Source: Synechococcales cyanobacterium VAR_4_metabat_354
Lineage (GTDB): Bacteria > Cyanobacteriota > Cyanobacteriia > Cyanobacteriales > Chamaesiphonaceae
Assembly (NCBI GenBank): GCA_031414775.1
Contig: JANOQI010000059.1
Coordinates: 14,182 to 78,181, forward strand
DNA length: 64,000 nt
Direction of reading: 5' to 3'
Shown here: positions 29,375 to 40,600 of the stretch, in pieces
Layout: every line of letters begins with the position of its first letter
Numbering within the stretch: the first letter of the stretch is position 1
Made by a program: the position numbers and the translations under genes
The notes under the pieces: model-generated
What the model was told of the DNA's origin: nothing
The model's input: the letters and a program-made list of their open reading frames with translations, nothing else
The model's database searches: none

Positions 29375-30058
29375 ATGGATGAATTAACAGCTGTCCAGCG
29401 CATGGGGAAGCTGGCCAATTTAGCGCGGGTGCTGCTGAATAGCCGCATAGATGCGATCTGGAAAGATCCCGCCAATGAAACAGAAATATCACTAAAAGAA
29501 ATATTGACCGTCAACCCCAAGGACACCATTAATGAAGTAGTACTAAAGTATCTGCTTTTTTACTGGGGCTGTGACAAATTGCCATCTATTACAGAAGAGC
29601 GGTTTATCGTTAATGACCGAGTAGCCAAGAAAGATCCGCTGATGTTGCGGGGGAGATGTGCGGTAAGGCCAGAGCTAAGGTATGCAGTTAATGAAGAAAC
29701 TGGGAAAGCTTACTCTGTGGGTAACAAAATAATTGATATTCCACATGTACTAGAACCCCAGTTGTTTAAATTACACGGTCTACACATTACCTACGGGCGG
29801 CAACTGGGCTTGTATGTTTTTGCCGATGGCTGTCAGCTCAAGGTTAACGCCATTACTGAGGCTGAAGCTCATCGGGTGATTAATCATTGCTTGCTAGCTG
29901 TCGATCCGGCATGGCGAAGGGGCACCAGCGAGGAAAATACCTATTTTGGTAAGCCTTCCCCAAAAGCAAAAAAATCACCGCTGCATGGTGTTCGCGCCAA
30001 TATTCAAAAGGTCAACATTCATAACCAGTATGGAAAAATTGCGTCTCTCTGGATTTAG
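29375..30058 (+). CDS. Hypothetical protein
   Basis: 227 aa, starts 2 bp after the previous stop. Confidence 0.7.
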   Translation: MDELTAVQRMGKLANLARVLLNSRIDAIWKDPANETEISLKEILTVNPKDTINEVVLKYLLFYWGCDKLPSITEERFIVNDRVAKKDPLMLRGRCAVRPELRYAVNEETGKAYSVGNKIIDIPHVLEPQLFKLHGLHITYGRQLGLYVFADGCQLKVNAITEAEAHRVINHCLLAVDPAWRRGTSEENTYFGKPSPKAKKSPLHGVRANIQKVNIHNQYGKIASLWI

Positions 30059-30434
30059 TTCGGTTGCTGATTTTGAATCCAGCGTTTATAAACGTTTGCG
30101 GCCACTAACAAAGACGCATGATTTAAAAATCGAGCAACATCAGCCGATCAAGGTAAGACCAGCTAATACTTATTTTTCCCGCGATCGAAGTTGGCGGTGT
30201 TCCTTTTTGTGTGGTGCCCCTAATGAATTTATACTAGTTGAAGCTAGATTAGACTTTAATACCCTCTGGCTTATGCAATTAGAAATGTTAGCCGCATACA
30301 ATCCGCAAACTCTTCAGCGGTTGATTATTGTTTGTCCCAGGAATACAGATGTACCAAATACGCTAGCTCAGTTAACCGTGGTACCGCCAGAATTATTAAT
30401 CGATCGAATTCTGGCGGGGCTGAATCTTCGGTAA
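30030..30434 (+). CDS. Possible degenerate PD-(D/E)xK nuclease-fold protein
   Basis: ATG at 30030; FSSVADFE..WRCSFL..ILVEARL resembles the S..E..DF..VExKG pattern. Confidence 0.45.
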   Translation: MEKLRLSGFSSVADFESSVYKRLRPLTKTHDLKIEQHQPIKVRPANTYFSRDRSWRCSFLCGAPNEFILVEARLDFNTLWLMQLEMLAAYNPQTLQRLIIVCPRNTDVPNTLAQLTVVPPELLIDRILAGLNLR

Positions 30435-30463
30435 GCATCAACCCTAAATTCAAATTCCTTCAC

Positions 30464-30487
30464 AGCCGCTCGTCCCGGCTTTTTTTT
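30464..30487 (+). terminator. Intrinsic terminator of the rightward operon
   Basis: AGCCG-loop-CGGCT followed by a T-run. Confidence 0.7.
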
Positions 30488-30763
30488 GTGCCCTTTTTCC
30501 TTTTTCTAGCTCCAAGTGTTGCCAGTAATGACGCTTGGCGATTTTTTGATATTTAGCGATTAGGGAGTGAGGGGCTTTCTCCCTGCTCTAAAAAAGTTTC
30601 TCCCTTTATAATTCTTGCTCTAAAACCTATACCTACTCTTCTCTTTCTTTTTTTTAGGGAGAAGAAAGAGAATAGGGAGTGCTTTTGAAAAGCTATACTG
30701 AAAAAAAAACAAATTTAAGTTTGAGGAAGTTATACCAGTAAATAAACATCAAACTTAGAAGTA

Positions 30764-30835
<72 letters not shown>

Positions 30836-31065
30836 ATAGCCTGATCATCCTAGCAAACCTAGGGTGTTTTGGCTAGTTACGTTGAGTGTTGTTGCCAAAA
30901 ATAAAACAATGATACAAAACTGCCTATTTTCTGAGGTGATCTCTAGAGGATGGGTATTTTCAGCATAAGATAGAAGTCATGAAATGCTATCGAGTGTTGA
31001 GCCATCTACATCCAATACTCAATGCTTAAGCTCTCAAATATCCCTTCAACGCCAACTGCTAATAA

Positions 31066-32670
31066 ATGCAAACAGCTGACCAAAAATTCTCGCTTACTAC
31101 TCCACTTTATTATGTCAATGGCTTGCCGCATATTGGCCATGCCTACACTACGATGGCAGCGGATGTCTTAGCAAGGTTTTATCGGCTGCAAGGTCGCCAA
31201 GTGATGATGATTACTGGCACAGATGAACATGGCCAGAAGATTGAGCGGACAGCGATCGCGGAAGGGGTTTCGCCCCAAGACCATTGCGATCGAATAGTTA
31301 GTGGTTTTCAGGAACTCTGGCGCAGCTATGATATCCAGTTCGACAGATTTATTCGGACTACTGACGGCTCTCATGAGGCAATCGTCCGCGAATTTTTCCA
31401 AAGAGTTTTAGCGCAAGGTGATATTTATCAAGGTCAACAACAGGGTTGGTACTGCGTCGCTTGCGAAGAATTTAAAGAAGAGCGCGATCTGCTGCCAGAG
31501 AATTATTGCCCTTTGCATCCCAGCAAGGTAGCCGAATGGCGGGATGAAACTAACTATTTCTTTCGGCTTTCCAAATATCAGCAGCAGTTAGAGCAACTTT
31601 ATATCGATCGGCCAGAATTTATTCAGCCTAACAGCCGTCGCAATGAAGTCCTCAACTTTGTGAAGCAAGGTCTACAAGACTTTTCGATCTCGCGGGTAAA
31701 TGTGGAATGGGGAATTCCGTTACCAAACGATGCCGCGCAGACCATCTATGTATGGTTTGATGCCTTGCTTGGATATATCAGCGCCCAACTGGAGCCTGGG
31801 ATGGAGCCAACGCTAGCAAATGCCACCAATCAGCACTGGCCAATCAATGTCCATATCATTGGCAAAGATATCTTGCGCTTCCACGCCGTCTATTGGCCAG
31901 CAATGCTGATGTCGGCGGGCTTGCCGTTGCCAGGAATGGTTTTTGGTCATGGCTTTTTCACCAAAGATGGACGAAAAATGAGCAAAAGTGAAGGCAATAC
32001 GATCGATCCCCAAGTCTTGGTGGACAGATATGGTTCCGAAGCACTGCGCTACTATTTTCTCAAATCCTTTGAATTTGGCCAAGATGGTGACTTTAACGAG
32101 ACGCGCTTTGTCGAGACGGTCAATGCCGATTTGGCCAATGGCTTAGGGAATTTATTGAATCGCACGATGGGCATGGTCAACAAATACTGTGGTAGTAACG
32201 TACCAGACTGTGATGTGGCTAATATCCCAGCCGAACATCCCTTGAAATTGCTGGGACATGATCTTGGTGTTAGGGTTGCCCAGGATTATACCAACCTAGC
32301 TTTCCATAATGTTTGCGCTGCCGTATTAGAAATAATTCGGGCAAGCAACAAATATATTGACGATGTGGCACCTTGGACTTTGTACAAACAGGGTCAACAA
32401 TCAGAATTGCAAGAAGTTCTATACAGTCTGTTGGAATCAGTCCGTTTAGCTAGCTTCCTACTGGCACCTGTGATCCCCAAGATTGCCACCGCTGTTTATC
32501 AGCAACTGGGTTTGACAATAGATTTTGATGTTTTACAATCAACAGAGCAAACTATCGATGTAAATGACCATAGCAGCTGGGGTTTTTTGGCTGTTGGTCA
32601 GACTCTGAGCGTACCGCACCCAGTATTTGTTAGACTGGACATACCGCCTGTGATGATTACTAATGCCTAA
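31066..32670 (+). CDS. metG: Methionine--tRNA ligase
   Basis: YYVNGLPHIGH, TGTDEHG, YVWFDAL, GKDILRFH, KMSKS. Confidence 0.97.
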   Translation: MQTADQKFSLTTPLYYVNGLPHIGHAYTTMAADVLARFYRLQGRQVMMITGTDEHGQKIERTAIAEGVSPQDHCDRIVSGFQELWRSYDIQFDRFIRTTDGSHEAIVREFFQRVLAQGDIYQGQQQGWYCVACEEFKEERDLLPENYCPLHPSKVAEWRDETNYFFRLSKYQQQLEQLYIDRPEFIQPNSRRNEVLNFVKQGLQDFSISRVNVEWGIPLPNDAAQTIYVWFDALLGYISAQLEPGMEPTLANATNQHWPINVHIIGKDILRFHAVYWPAMLMSAGLPLPGMVFGHGFFTKDGRKMSKSEGNTIDPQVLVDRYGSEALRYYFLKSFEFGQDGDFNETRFVETVNADLANGLGNLLNRTMGMVNKYCGSNVPDCDVANIPAEHPLKLLGHDLGVRVAQDYTNLAFHNVCAAVLEIIRASNKYIDDVAPWTLYKQGQQSELQEVLYSLLESVRLASFLLAPVIPKIATAVYQQLGLTIDFDVLQSTEQTIDVNDHSSWGFLAVGQTLSVPHPVFVRLDIPPVMITNA

Positions 32671-32757
32671 TTAGCTCTGGCCAACAAATTTTCATAAAAA
32701 GCTTCTTTTTTTAAAACTCTTCATAAATAATAAAACCCTAGGGCATTTTTCCTAAAT

Positions 32758-33348
32758 ATGTTAAGTAATAGCCAGAATCATTCCAGCCAAAATAGTGCTT
32801 TCTCACCGGAGCAGATGCTAGAAAATCGTGGCCGGGTGGCCATTTTTATTGATGGTTCTAATCTTTTTTATGCAGCGCTACAACTCAATATTGAAATTGA
32901 CTACACCAAGTTGCTAGCTAGACTAACGGGTGGTTCTCGCCTACTACGTTCCTTCTTTTATACTGGTGTCGATCGAACTAACGAAAAACAACAGGGCTTT
33001 TTGCTCTGGATGCGTCGCAATGGCTATCGCGTGATTGCTAAAGATCTAGTTCAATTACCCGATGGCTCGAAAAAAGCCAATTTGGATGTCGAAATTGCCG
33101 TGGATATGATGGCTCTCGTCGGTTCTTACGACACCGCTGTGTTGGTGAGTGGTGATGGGGACTTAGCCTATGCCGTAGATTCGGTTAGTTACCGAGGGGT
33201 GCGCGTTGAGGTTGTCAGCCTGCGCTCGATGACTAGTGATAGCCTCATCAATGTGTCCGATCGATATATTGATCTAGAAAGTGTCCGCGAAGATATTCAA
33301 AAAACCTCACGCTCTAATGGTGTGGTTAGTCCTGAGATGTGGGTGTAG
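32758..33348 (+). CDS. LabA/NYN-domain protein
   Basis: IFIDGSNLFY, KKANLDVEIAVDM, LVSGDGDL. Confidence 0.9.
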   Translation: MLSNSQNHSSQNSAFSPEQMLENRGRVAIFIDGSNLFYAALQLNIEIDYTKLLARLTGGSRLLRSFFYTGVDRTNEKQQGFLLWMRRNGYRVIAKDLVQLPDGSKKANLDVEIAVDMMALVGSYDTAVLVSGDGDLAYAVDSVSYRGVRVEVVSLRSMTSDSLINVSDRYIDLESVREDIQKTSRSNGVVSPEMWV

Positions 33349-34493
33349 GCTTGACTAGTGCTGCTCCGCGCCGCCGGTGGGTGGGGATTCTGTGCGGGAT
33401 GGTGCTCGTAGCTTGCTCCGCTTCTCCAACCAAAGCGCCAGTTTCCAAAAATCAGGAAAACAAACTGACCATCAACAATTTTAGTGTGGAGCAGTCTGAT
33501 CCTAGTGGTAAATTGTGGTGGCGCTTAAAAGCCAATCAGGCCGTGTATACCGTAGACAGAAAAATAGCTAAGGTCACTGGCTTAACAGGGGAACTCTACC
33601 AAGACAACCAAGTTGTATTGAAGTTATCAGCTAAAGCTGCGGATGTGGAGCAAGACGGCCAAAAAATATTACTGCGTGGCGATGTAACTGCGAAAGAAAC
33701 TCGCAACACTTTGGTGGTTGCAAGCCAAGAATTAGAATGGCGACCGACCGAAGACTTGCTGACCATCAGTAAAAATGTGCGCGTTAATCATCCGAAAGTG
33801 CAAGCGCAGGGCGATAGAGGTAAATATGTCAGTCGCCAACAGCGCTTAGAAATGTTCGATCGAATCGTGGCCTGGGCACCAGAACAAAACGTGCGGCTGC
33901 AAACCAACTATCTCCAGTGGCAGGTTGATGCCCAAAAAATTACTGGGAATAAGCCAGTACAAATAGAGCACTATCGCGATCAATTACTACTAGAAAAAGT
34001 TAATGCCAACCAGCTCACCTATAGTCTGGATCAACAAACTGTTCAGCTGCAAGACAAAGTTCAGTTTCAATCGGTCAAACCCCCGATTACTTTCACTGCT
34101 GGCAGCGCCCGTTGGCAATTTCAGCAGCAACTGATTACAGCGACTGATTCCTTGCAAATTATTCATAAACAGGAGCAAGCTAACTTTACGGCTAATAATG
34201 GTTCGATCGATCTGAGCAAAAACGTGGCCACCCTGACTGGTAATGCCCAAGGAGTGGCTACCCGCAACCAAGCCAAACTCCGAGCCGATCGCCTAACTTG
34301 GCAGATCGATAACCAGCAAATAGTGGGTACCGGCAATGTTCGTTACCAGCAGCAGGAACCGACCTTGACCTTAACTGGGGTTAAAGGAGTCGGCAAACTC
34401 CAAGATCAATCAGTGGTCGTCACTGGTAATAGCCAACAGTTAGTGGAAACCCAAATTGTCCCTACCGATGCCCCGACGACCAGTCCCGAATAG
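33339..34493 (+). CDS. lptC: LptC-like LPS export periplasmic lipoprotein
   Basis: Lipobox LVAC, repeated beta-strand segments, context after metG and labA-like gene. Confidence 0.75.
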   Translation: MGVGLTSAAPRRRWVGILCGMVLVACSASPTKAPVSKNQENKLTINNFSVEQSDPSGKLWWRLKANQAVYTVDRKIAKVTGLTGELYQDNQVVLKLSAKAADVEQDGQKILLRGDVTAKETRNTLVVASQELEWRPTEDLLTISKNVRVNHPKVQAQGDRGKYVSRQQRLEMFDRIVAWAPEQNVRLQTNYLQWQVDAQKITGNKPVQIEHYRDQLLLEKVNANQLTYSLDQQTVQLQDKVQFQSVKPPITFTAGSARWQFQQQLITATDSLQIIHKQEQANFTANNGSIDLSKNVATLTGNAQGVATRNQAKLRADRLTWQIDNQQIVGTGNVRYQQQEPTLTLTGVKGVGKLQDQSVVVTGNSQQLVETQIVPTDAPTTSPE

Positions 34494-34551
34494 GTTCCAT
34501 TAGACCCTGATAGAATAGACAAAAGCTTTCAACCCAACCCCAGCTATCGCC

Positions 34552-35403
34552 ATGAATCCAACCCTGTCTCGCCCCGAAGAATTGCGACAGCGTCGTCTTC
34601 AGCTGCGTCGGCAACGGCGTTGGCGTGCATTAAAAATCTGCTGGCAAGTACTGCTGCTGGGTTCATTAGTTAGTGGGATTATCTGGGCTGTGCAGCAACC
34701 AGATTGGGTAATTCGCCAGTCCCAACAAGTTCAAATTCAGGGCAACCGATATCTCTCCGCTAGTACTGTGCGGGAGATGCTCGGTTTGAAGTATCCGGTG
34801 TCATTGCTGCATATCGAACCACAGAGCTTGAATGCTAAATTGCTAGATCAAGGTAGTATTCTGGCGGCAAACATTCATCGTGAGTTGCTTCCCCCCCGAA
34901 TTACCATCCAGGTGCAAGATCAACCCCCAGTGGCTATAGCTGATCAAGCTGATCAACCAGGGCTAGTAAATGCTGCTGGTAATTGGCTGCCTTTGACTAG
35001 CTATCAAATAGATAACGATAAGTTGCCACATTTAAGACTATTATCTGCCGACAGCACACTCTGTTCAGACTGGCCAGCTCTCTATCAAGGTATTCAGCGT
35101 AGCCCCGTTCCAGTAAGTGAAGTTGACTGTCGTGATGCGCTAAATATCCTCCTGAAAACTGAAATTGGAGATGTGCGCATTGGTGCATTTGAACCAGCTA
35201 GATTTCGTCAGCAGTTACAGAAAGCTTATGAATTAGGTGATTGGAAGCAACTTTACCAACTGAAATATAATCAAGCGTCTGATATTGCTTACATTGATCT
35301 GGAAAATCCTAATATGCCCAAGATCCAGCAATCAATTTCTACTATTAATCAGAAGACCGATGATCAGAAGACTGAGATTAATGCCGATGATCTTCTACCT
35401 TAG
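34552..35403 (+). CDS. ftsQ: Cell division protein FtsQ/DivIB
   Basis: Basic N-terminus, TM, POTRA-like region, YIDL; upstream of ftsZ. Confidence 0.88.
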   Translation: MNPTLSRPEELRQRRLQLRRQRRWRALKICWQVLLLGSLVSGIIWAVQQPDWVIRQSQQVQIQGNRYLSASTVREMLGLKYPVSLLHIEPQSLNAKLLDQGSILAANIHRELLPPRITIQVQDQPPVAIADQADQPGLVNAAGNWLPLTSYQIDNDKLPHLRLLSADSTLCSDWPALYQGIQRSPVPVSEVDCRDALNILLKTEIGDVRIGAFEPARFRQQLQKAYELGDWKQLYQLKYNQASDIAYIDLENPNMPKIQQSISTINQKTDDQKTEINADDLLP

Positions 35404-35679
35404 TATAAAAGTATGATTCCTTTGATTTTTGTTAATATGCCCATAACCATTACACTGATGCAATAGATTAATCTTCAAGAATTTGCATTAAATTCGCAGG
35501 TGTTACTGCAAAGTTCTCACGATTCGCTAGCTTTATGGGAATATAAAATAGCGTGTCGTGATTTAAAATCATTAGAAAAATAATTGAATGCAGAGCTTTT
35601 ATATAGCAATGGTTCAATTGTTTAATTGCCGTGCGCTTGACAAGAGAATACAATTATCATTAACCTAACCTTTGCAAGC

Positions 35680-36867
35680 ATGAGCAAGCTCAACCCTATC
35701 TCATACCCAGGATTTAACTCAACTCCCATGCCCGGTAGTGACCCGATGTTTGACGAAATTATCCCCAGCAATATGGCAAAAATTAAAGTGATTGGTGTCG
35801 GCGGTGGCGGCAGCAATGCGGTCAATCGGATGATTGCTAGCGATATCACCGGTATTGAGTTCTGGACTATGAACACTGATGCCCAGGCACTATCTGGTGC
35901 CAACGCCAATCGGCGCTTGCAGTTGGGACAGAAACTCACTAGAGGTTTGGGGGCTGGCGGTAATCCAGCAATCGGGCAAAAGGCGGCGGAAGAATCCCGT
36001 GAAGAGATTGCAGCGGCTTTGGAGGGCGCTGATTTAGTATTTATTACTGCTGGGATGGGCGGCGGTACTGGTACGGGGGCAGCGCCAATTGTGGCAGAAG
36101 TAGCTAAAGAAATGGGCGCTTTGACGGTAGGTGTTGTGACCCGCCCCTTTACCTTTGAGGGACGGCGGCGCACGAACCAGGCCGAAGAAGGTATTATGGC
36201 TTTGCAGAGTCGGGTTGATACCCTGATTGGGATTCCCAACGACAAGTTATTAGCGGTGATCTCCGAGCAGACTCCTGTCCAAGAAGCTTTTCGGCTAGCT
36301 GATGATGTATTGCGTTCGGGTGTGCAAGGAATTTCCGACATTATTATGATTCCGGGCTTGGTCAATGTTGACTTTGCCGATGTACGAGCGATCATGGCTG
36401 ATGCTGGTTCGGCGATGATGGGTACTGGTCAGGGTTCTGGTAAGTCACGAGCCCGAGAAGCGGCCTTGATGGCAATTTCTTCACCGCTGCTAGAGTCTTC
36501 GATCGAAGGTGCGCGCGGAGTAGTGTTTAATATTACTGGCGGTACAGATTTGACCCTACATGAGGTGAACACTGCTGCTGAAACTATTTATGAAGCGGTT
36601 GACCCTAACGCCAATATTATCTTTGGAGCAGTTTTAGATGACCGAATGCAGGGAGAAATTCATATTACTGTGATTGCTACAGGCTTTACTGGTGAAGTGC
36701 AGTCTAGTTCTGTATCGTTGGTAAGTAATAAGCAACTGCCTCAAACTCCTCCCAAACGTAATCCGATCGTCGCTCCTACTTCACCCCCACCGATTCCAGA
36801 TCACAAAAGTTCTCAGGGTGGATTAGATATTCCAGATTTTCTTAAGGAACGCCGCCCTAACAAGTGA
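35680..36867 (+). CDS. ftsZ: Cell division protein FtsZ
   Basis: [32 protein letters not shown] tail. Confidence 0.99.
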   Translation: MSKLNPISYPGFNSTPMPGSDPMFDEIIPSNMAKIKVIGVGGGGSNAVNRMIASDITGIEFWTMNTDAQALSGANANRRLQLGQKLTRGLGAGGNPAIGQKAAEESREEIAAALEGADLVFITAGMGGGTGTGAAPIVAEVAKEMGALTVGVVTRPFTFEGRRRTNQAEEGIMALQSRVDTLIGIPNDKLLAVISEQTPVQEAFRLADDVLRSGVQGISDIIMIPGLVNVDFADVRAIMADAGSAMMGTGQGSGKSRAREAALMAISSPLLESSIEGARGVVFNITGGTDLTLHEVNTAAETIYEAVDPNANIIFGAVLDDRMQGEIHITVIATGFTGEVQSSSVSLVSNKQLPQTPPKRNPIVAPTSPPPIPDHKSSQGGLDIPDFLKERRPNK

Positions 36868-37004
36868 CAACACGAAGAAGACTAGCTTAAAAATCTAGCC
36901 TTCTTTTTTGAATTTGAACTAAAACTGTGATCTCAATATCTAGAGTGAATTGACGATGTGGTTGACCCTTACATTAGTCATACATAGCACTACATTATAT
37001 TAGC

Positions 37005-37139
37005 ATGACACTTAAACAACTAAATGTGAAAATCCCTGAACAGGAACTCCAGCTTTTGCAAACTTATGCAGAAAAGACCGAAAGAACCAAGACAGACATC
37101 ATTCGCGAGTTCATTCGTTCTTTGCCTACTAAACAATAG
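37005..37139 (+). CDS. CopG-like ribbon-helix-helix protein (44 aa, not in ORF track)
   Basis: MTLKQLNVKIPEQELQLLQTYAEKTERTKTDIIREFIRSLPTKQ. Confidence 0.75.
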   Translation: MTLKQLNVKIPEQELQLLQTYAEKTERTKTDIIREFIRSLPTKQ

Positions 37140-37170
37140 AGCACAATACTAATTGCCATCTAATTATCCA

Positions 37171-37210
37171 ATAAAGGGTAGTAACAATAACTATTGTTAC
37201 TACCCTTTAT
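37171..37210. terminator. Hairpin between the convergent RHH gene and tRNA-Asn
   Basis: 19-bp perfect inverted repeat ATAAAGGGTAGTAACAATA / TATTGTTACTACCCTTTAT. Confidence 0.7.
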
Positions 37211-37225
37211 GGAATTACGGGAGTA

Positions 37226-37297
37226 CTCCCCGAGTAAGATTCGAACTTACGACCGGTCGGTTAACAGCCGACTGCTCTACCGCTGAGCTATCGAGGA
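37226..37297 (-). tRNA. tRNA-Asn(GTT)
   Basis: TCCTCGATAGCTCAGCGG..GTCGG-CTGTTAA-CCGAC..GTTCGAATC..TCGGGGAG. Confidence 0.95.
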
Positions 37298-37499
37298 AAA
37301 TAGTGCTTTTCACACCTTCGCTATTATATGTGCAAAAGGAATAGTTTGACAAGTAGATATTTGTCTTTTTTTGAAAAATAGCTAAGAAAGCGATAAGACG
37401 CTACTGGTGGAGTTGCTAGATAGCCCTAGACACTACCAATAAAAATGGAGTGAAACAGTAAGACGAAAATTAGAATAAGCAACTAATACAAACTAGCTA

Positions 37500-37552
37500 C
37501 TGCTAGATATGGGGTAGGGATGCGATATTAGACACCATATATATATGGTGTC
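37500..37552. promoter_or_regulatory. 22-bp palindrome and possible tandem NrdR-like boxes
   Basis: GACACCATATATATATGGTGTC at 37531-37552; CTGCTAGATATGGGGT at 37500-37515. Confidence 0.4.
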
Positions 37553-37623
37553 AGTTGAAGATTAATTCCGGAATTCTGGAGAGATTCGGACTACAATTGT
37601 GACTCCGTGAATATAAGCTGTTT

Positions 37624-40600
37624 ATGCCATCATCTATCCTAGACTCTAATCACTACGCTGAAATAGTTCATGTTAGTGGCATTGCTGAGGGTCTAGCGAG
37701 CTTGAATTTTCATTCTCTCAGTGGCGAAGCTTGCTACGAGTATCTATTTATTTCGCCAGAGCTACCCAGAAATAATTTGGGTCAGGTCACGCCTGGCTGG
37801 ATGCGCCGCTATACGAACTGTACGCATGGTGGTTGGTGGTGTGCGGGCTTGGACCCGGTGGCGGATTGGCAGCAGATGGAGTGGGGCACGTTTAAACCCG
37901 ATGAGCCGAAGTTTAGTAGAGAAAATAAGGTAATTAAATACGAGCATCCACCGCAGATGGCCACGCGGCTGTTTTGTTTACGGGTAACGGCGGATGTGTG
38001 GCAGCAAGTTGCCCAACGGTATGCAAAGTCGTTGCCTGCCAATTTTGCAGAGCAAACTGATCGGTTTTGGGCATGGGTCTTGGATTCGGCGTTGCCGATC
38101 GTGATTTGTGAAGGGGCAAAAAAGGCGGCTGCTTTGCTCAGTCAGGGCTATATTGCGATCGGACTCCCTGGTATTAACAGCGGTTACCGGGTGCGCAAAG
38201 ATTTAGCAGGGAATGTGATCGATCGATACTTAATTCCTGATCTAGCAGTCTTTGCTAATAATCAGCGCGAAATTTATATCTGTTTTGATTACGAAACTAA
38301 ACCCAAGACGATCGATGGAGTGAACCGAGCGATCGCCCATCTGGGGGAAGTTTGTCAAACTCAGCAATGTGCAGTGAAGGTGGTAAGGCTACCCGGTCCC
38401 GAAAAAGGCGTAGATGAATTTGTGGTGGCGCAGGGGCCAGAAAAATTTGCTGAAATCCATGATCTGGCACTAGATTTGGAAACTGATTTGGCCAAAACTC
38501 ATCCCCACCACCGGCTGACCTATCCGGTGGCGCTAACCCTAAATCAGCGCTACTTACAGCGCTTGGACTTCCCAGAGAGTGGCATTGTGGGGGTAAAGTC
38601 GGCGAAGGGCACGGGCAAGACCACGGCTTTGATTCCCTTGATTGAGACTGCTCATCAGCAAGAGCGCCCAATTTTGTTGCTCACCCATCGCATTCAGTTA
38701 GGGCGCTTTTTGTGCGAACGAATCGGGGTGAACTGGATTAATTCTAGTTTGGAGCAAAGCCCCAAAGACGGTGTGGGCTTGTGTTTGGATTCGCTGTGGA
38801 AGCTGAACCCTGAGCACTGGTTGGGCGGCATTATTATTTTGGATGAGGTGGAGCAATCTCTGTGGCATTTGCTGAACAGTTCGACCTGCAAGAGTAAGCG
38901 CCTGAACATCCTCAGAACTTTTCAACGCTTGATTAATCAGGTGTTGGCTTCGGGGGGCTTGATAGTGGCGCAGGATGCTGATTTATCGGATATTGCGATC
39001 GATTACCTGGTGAAACTAGCGGGCTGTGAAATTGAGCCGTGGGTGGTGGTGAACGAGTGGCAGCCAGCGGTGGGTTGGGAGGTGAATTTCTTTGATACGC
39101 CTAATCCAGCGGCTTTAATTAGTCAGCTAGAACAAGATTTGTTGGCAGGCTATAAGTGTTACGTGACCACCGATAGCCGTTCTGGTCGGTATGGCTCGGA
39201 TACGCTCGATCGCTATATTCGGAGTCAGCTCCAGCATTTGGAAAGTCGATATCACAAGACCTTGGTGATTTGTAGCCACACCACCAATACTACTAACCAT
39301 CCCGCCGTTAATTTTGCTACCCAGATTAATGATCGAGTGTCCGAGTACGATGCCGTATTTGTCACACCCACCTTGGGCACCGGAGTCAGTATCGATGTGG
39401 AGCACTTCGATCGGGTGTATGGCTTGTTTCAAGGGGTGATTCCAGACCCGGAAGTGCGGCAAGCCCTGGCGCGGGTCAGAGCCAATGTCCCCCGTTACTT
39501 GTGGTGTACCAAGCGCGGGGTCGGGATGTTGGGGAGTGGTAGCAATAATTACCGCACCTTAGCTTTCTGGTACCAGGAAAATTACAAGGAAAGCTATGCG
39601 CTGATGTGTCCATTGCAGGCGATTGATGTGGATCTACCGCTGGTCTATGACCCGATGCATTTGCGCACTTGGTCGAAGTTTGCAGCGCGGATCAATGCCT
39701 CGATTACGCTGTATCGGGAGTCGATTAAGGCCAGCTTGCTACTGGAAGGGCATCAAATAAAAGTGATCAATGATGATAGCGATCGAGAAAAGCTGATGGA
39801 ACTGCGCCAAGCGTTGGTAGCAGCAGCTAAAACCGATAAGCAGCAAGCCCGCAAGCTGATGAGCGAAATTTTTGCGATGCAGCAACAGACCGAAGTTCAA
39901 ACCAAAAAACATCAGCTGATTAAAGACACCACTAAAAATATTCAGCAGCAGGTGAAACTGCAAGCGGCGCAAGCGATTGCTAAATCTCCTGATTTGGGGG
40001 CAGCAGAATATCAGTTTTTGGCTGGCAAGCGCTTTTTGAGCGAGGCTGAACGTCGCCAAATTAGTAAATATATGCTGAAACAGCGCTATGGGGTGAAAAT
40101 CACGGCCAAACTTCAGCTTAAAGATGAGCAAGGTTATTACAATCAGTTATTGACTCACTTCTATTTAATTCATCAACACCAATTGCTAGAACGGGATATC
40201 TTGGCTAGTACCAGTGGCGATCGACAACCCCGGAATATCGATGGACAGCTGCTCTTGCCGATTAATCGAGAGCAACCAGAACATCAGGTATTTTTGCCAG
40301 ACATCAATAATTACACCCTCAAGATTCAGGGTTTGGTGGCCTTAGGGATTCCGGATCTGCTCGATCCACAGCGACAGTTTCGAGCTACCGACCCGGATGT
40401 GTTGGCCTTAAAGCAATCGGCTTGTTTATGCAGTCAGCATATTCGGCGGGCGATTGGCTTAAGTATTGCGGTTAAAACTAAAGCGGTTACTAAGGATAGT
40501 TCGATCGTGATTTTGGGTAAGTTTTTGGGGTTGTTTGGTCTGAAGTTAAAGGTGATTAAAGCTCAGACAGGTGGGGAAGAACCCAAAGATAAGATCTATC

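Noticed and set aside
30332..30556. 74-aa ORF at the element's right end
   Set aside because: Overlaps the previous gene and runs through the terminator; likely spurious
35622..36395. 257-aa antisense ORF over ftsZ
   Set aside because: Shadow frame of a highly conserved gene
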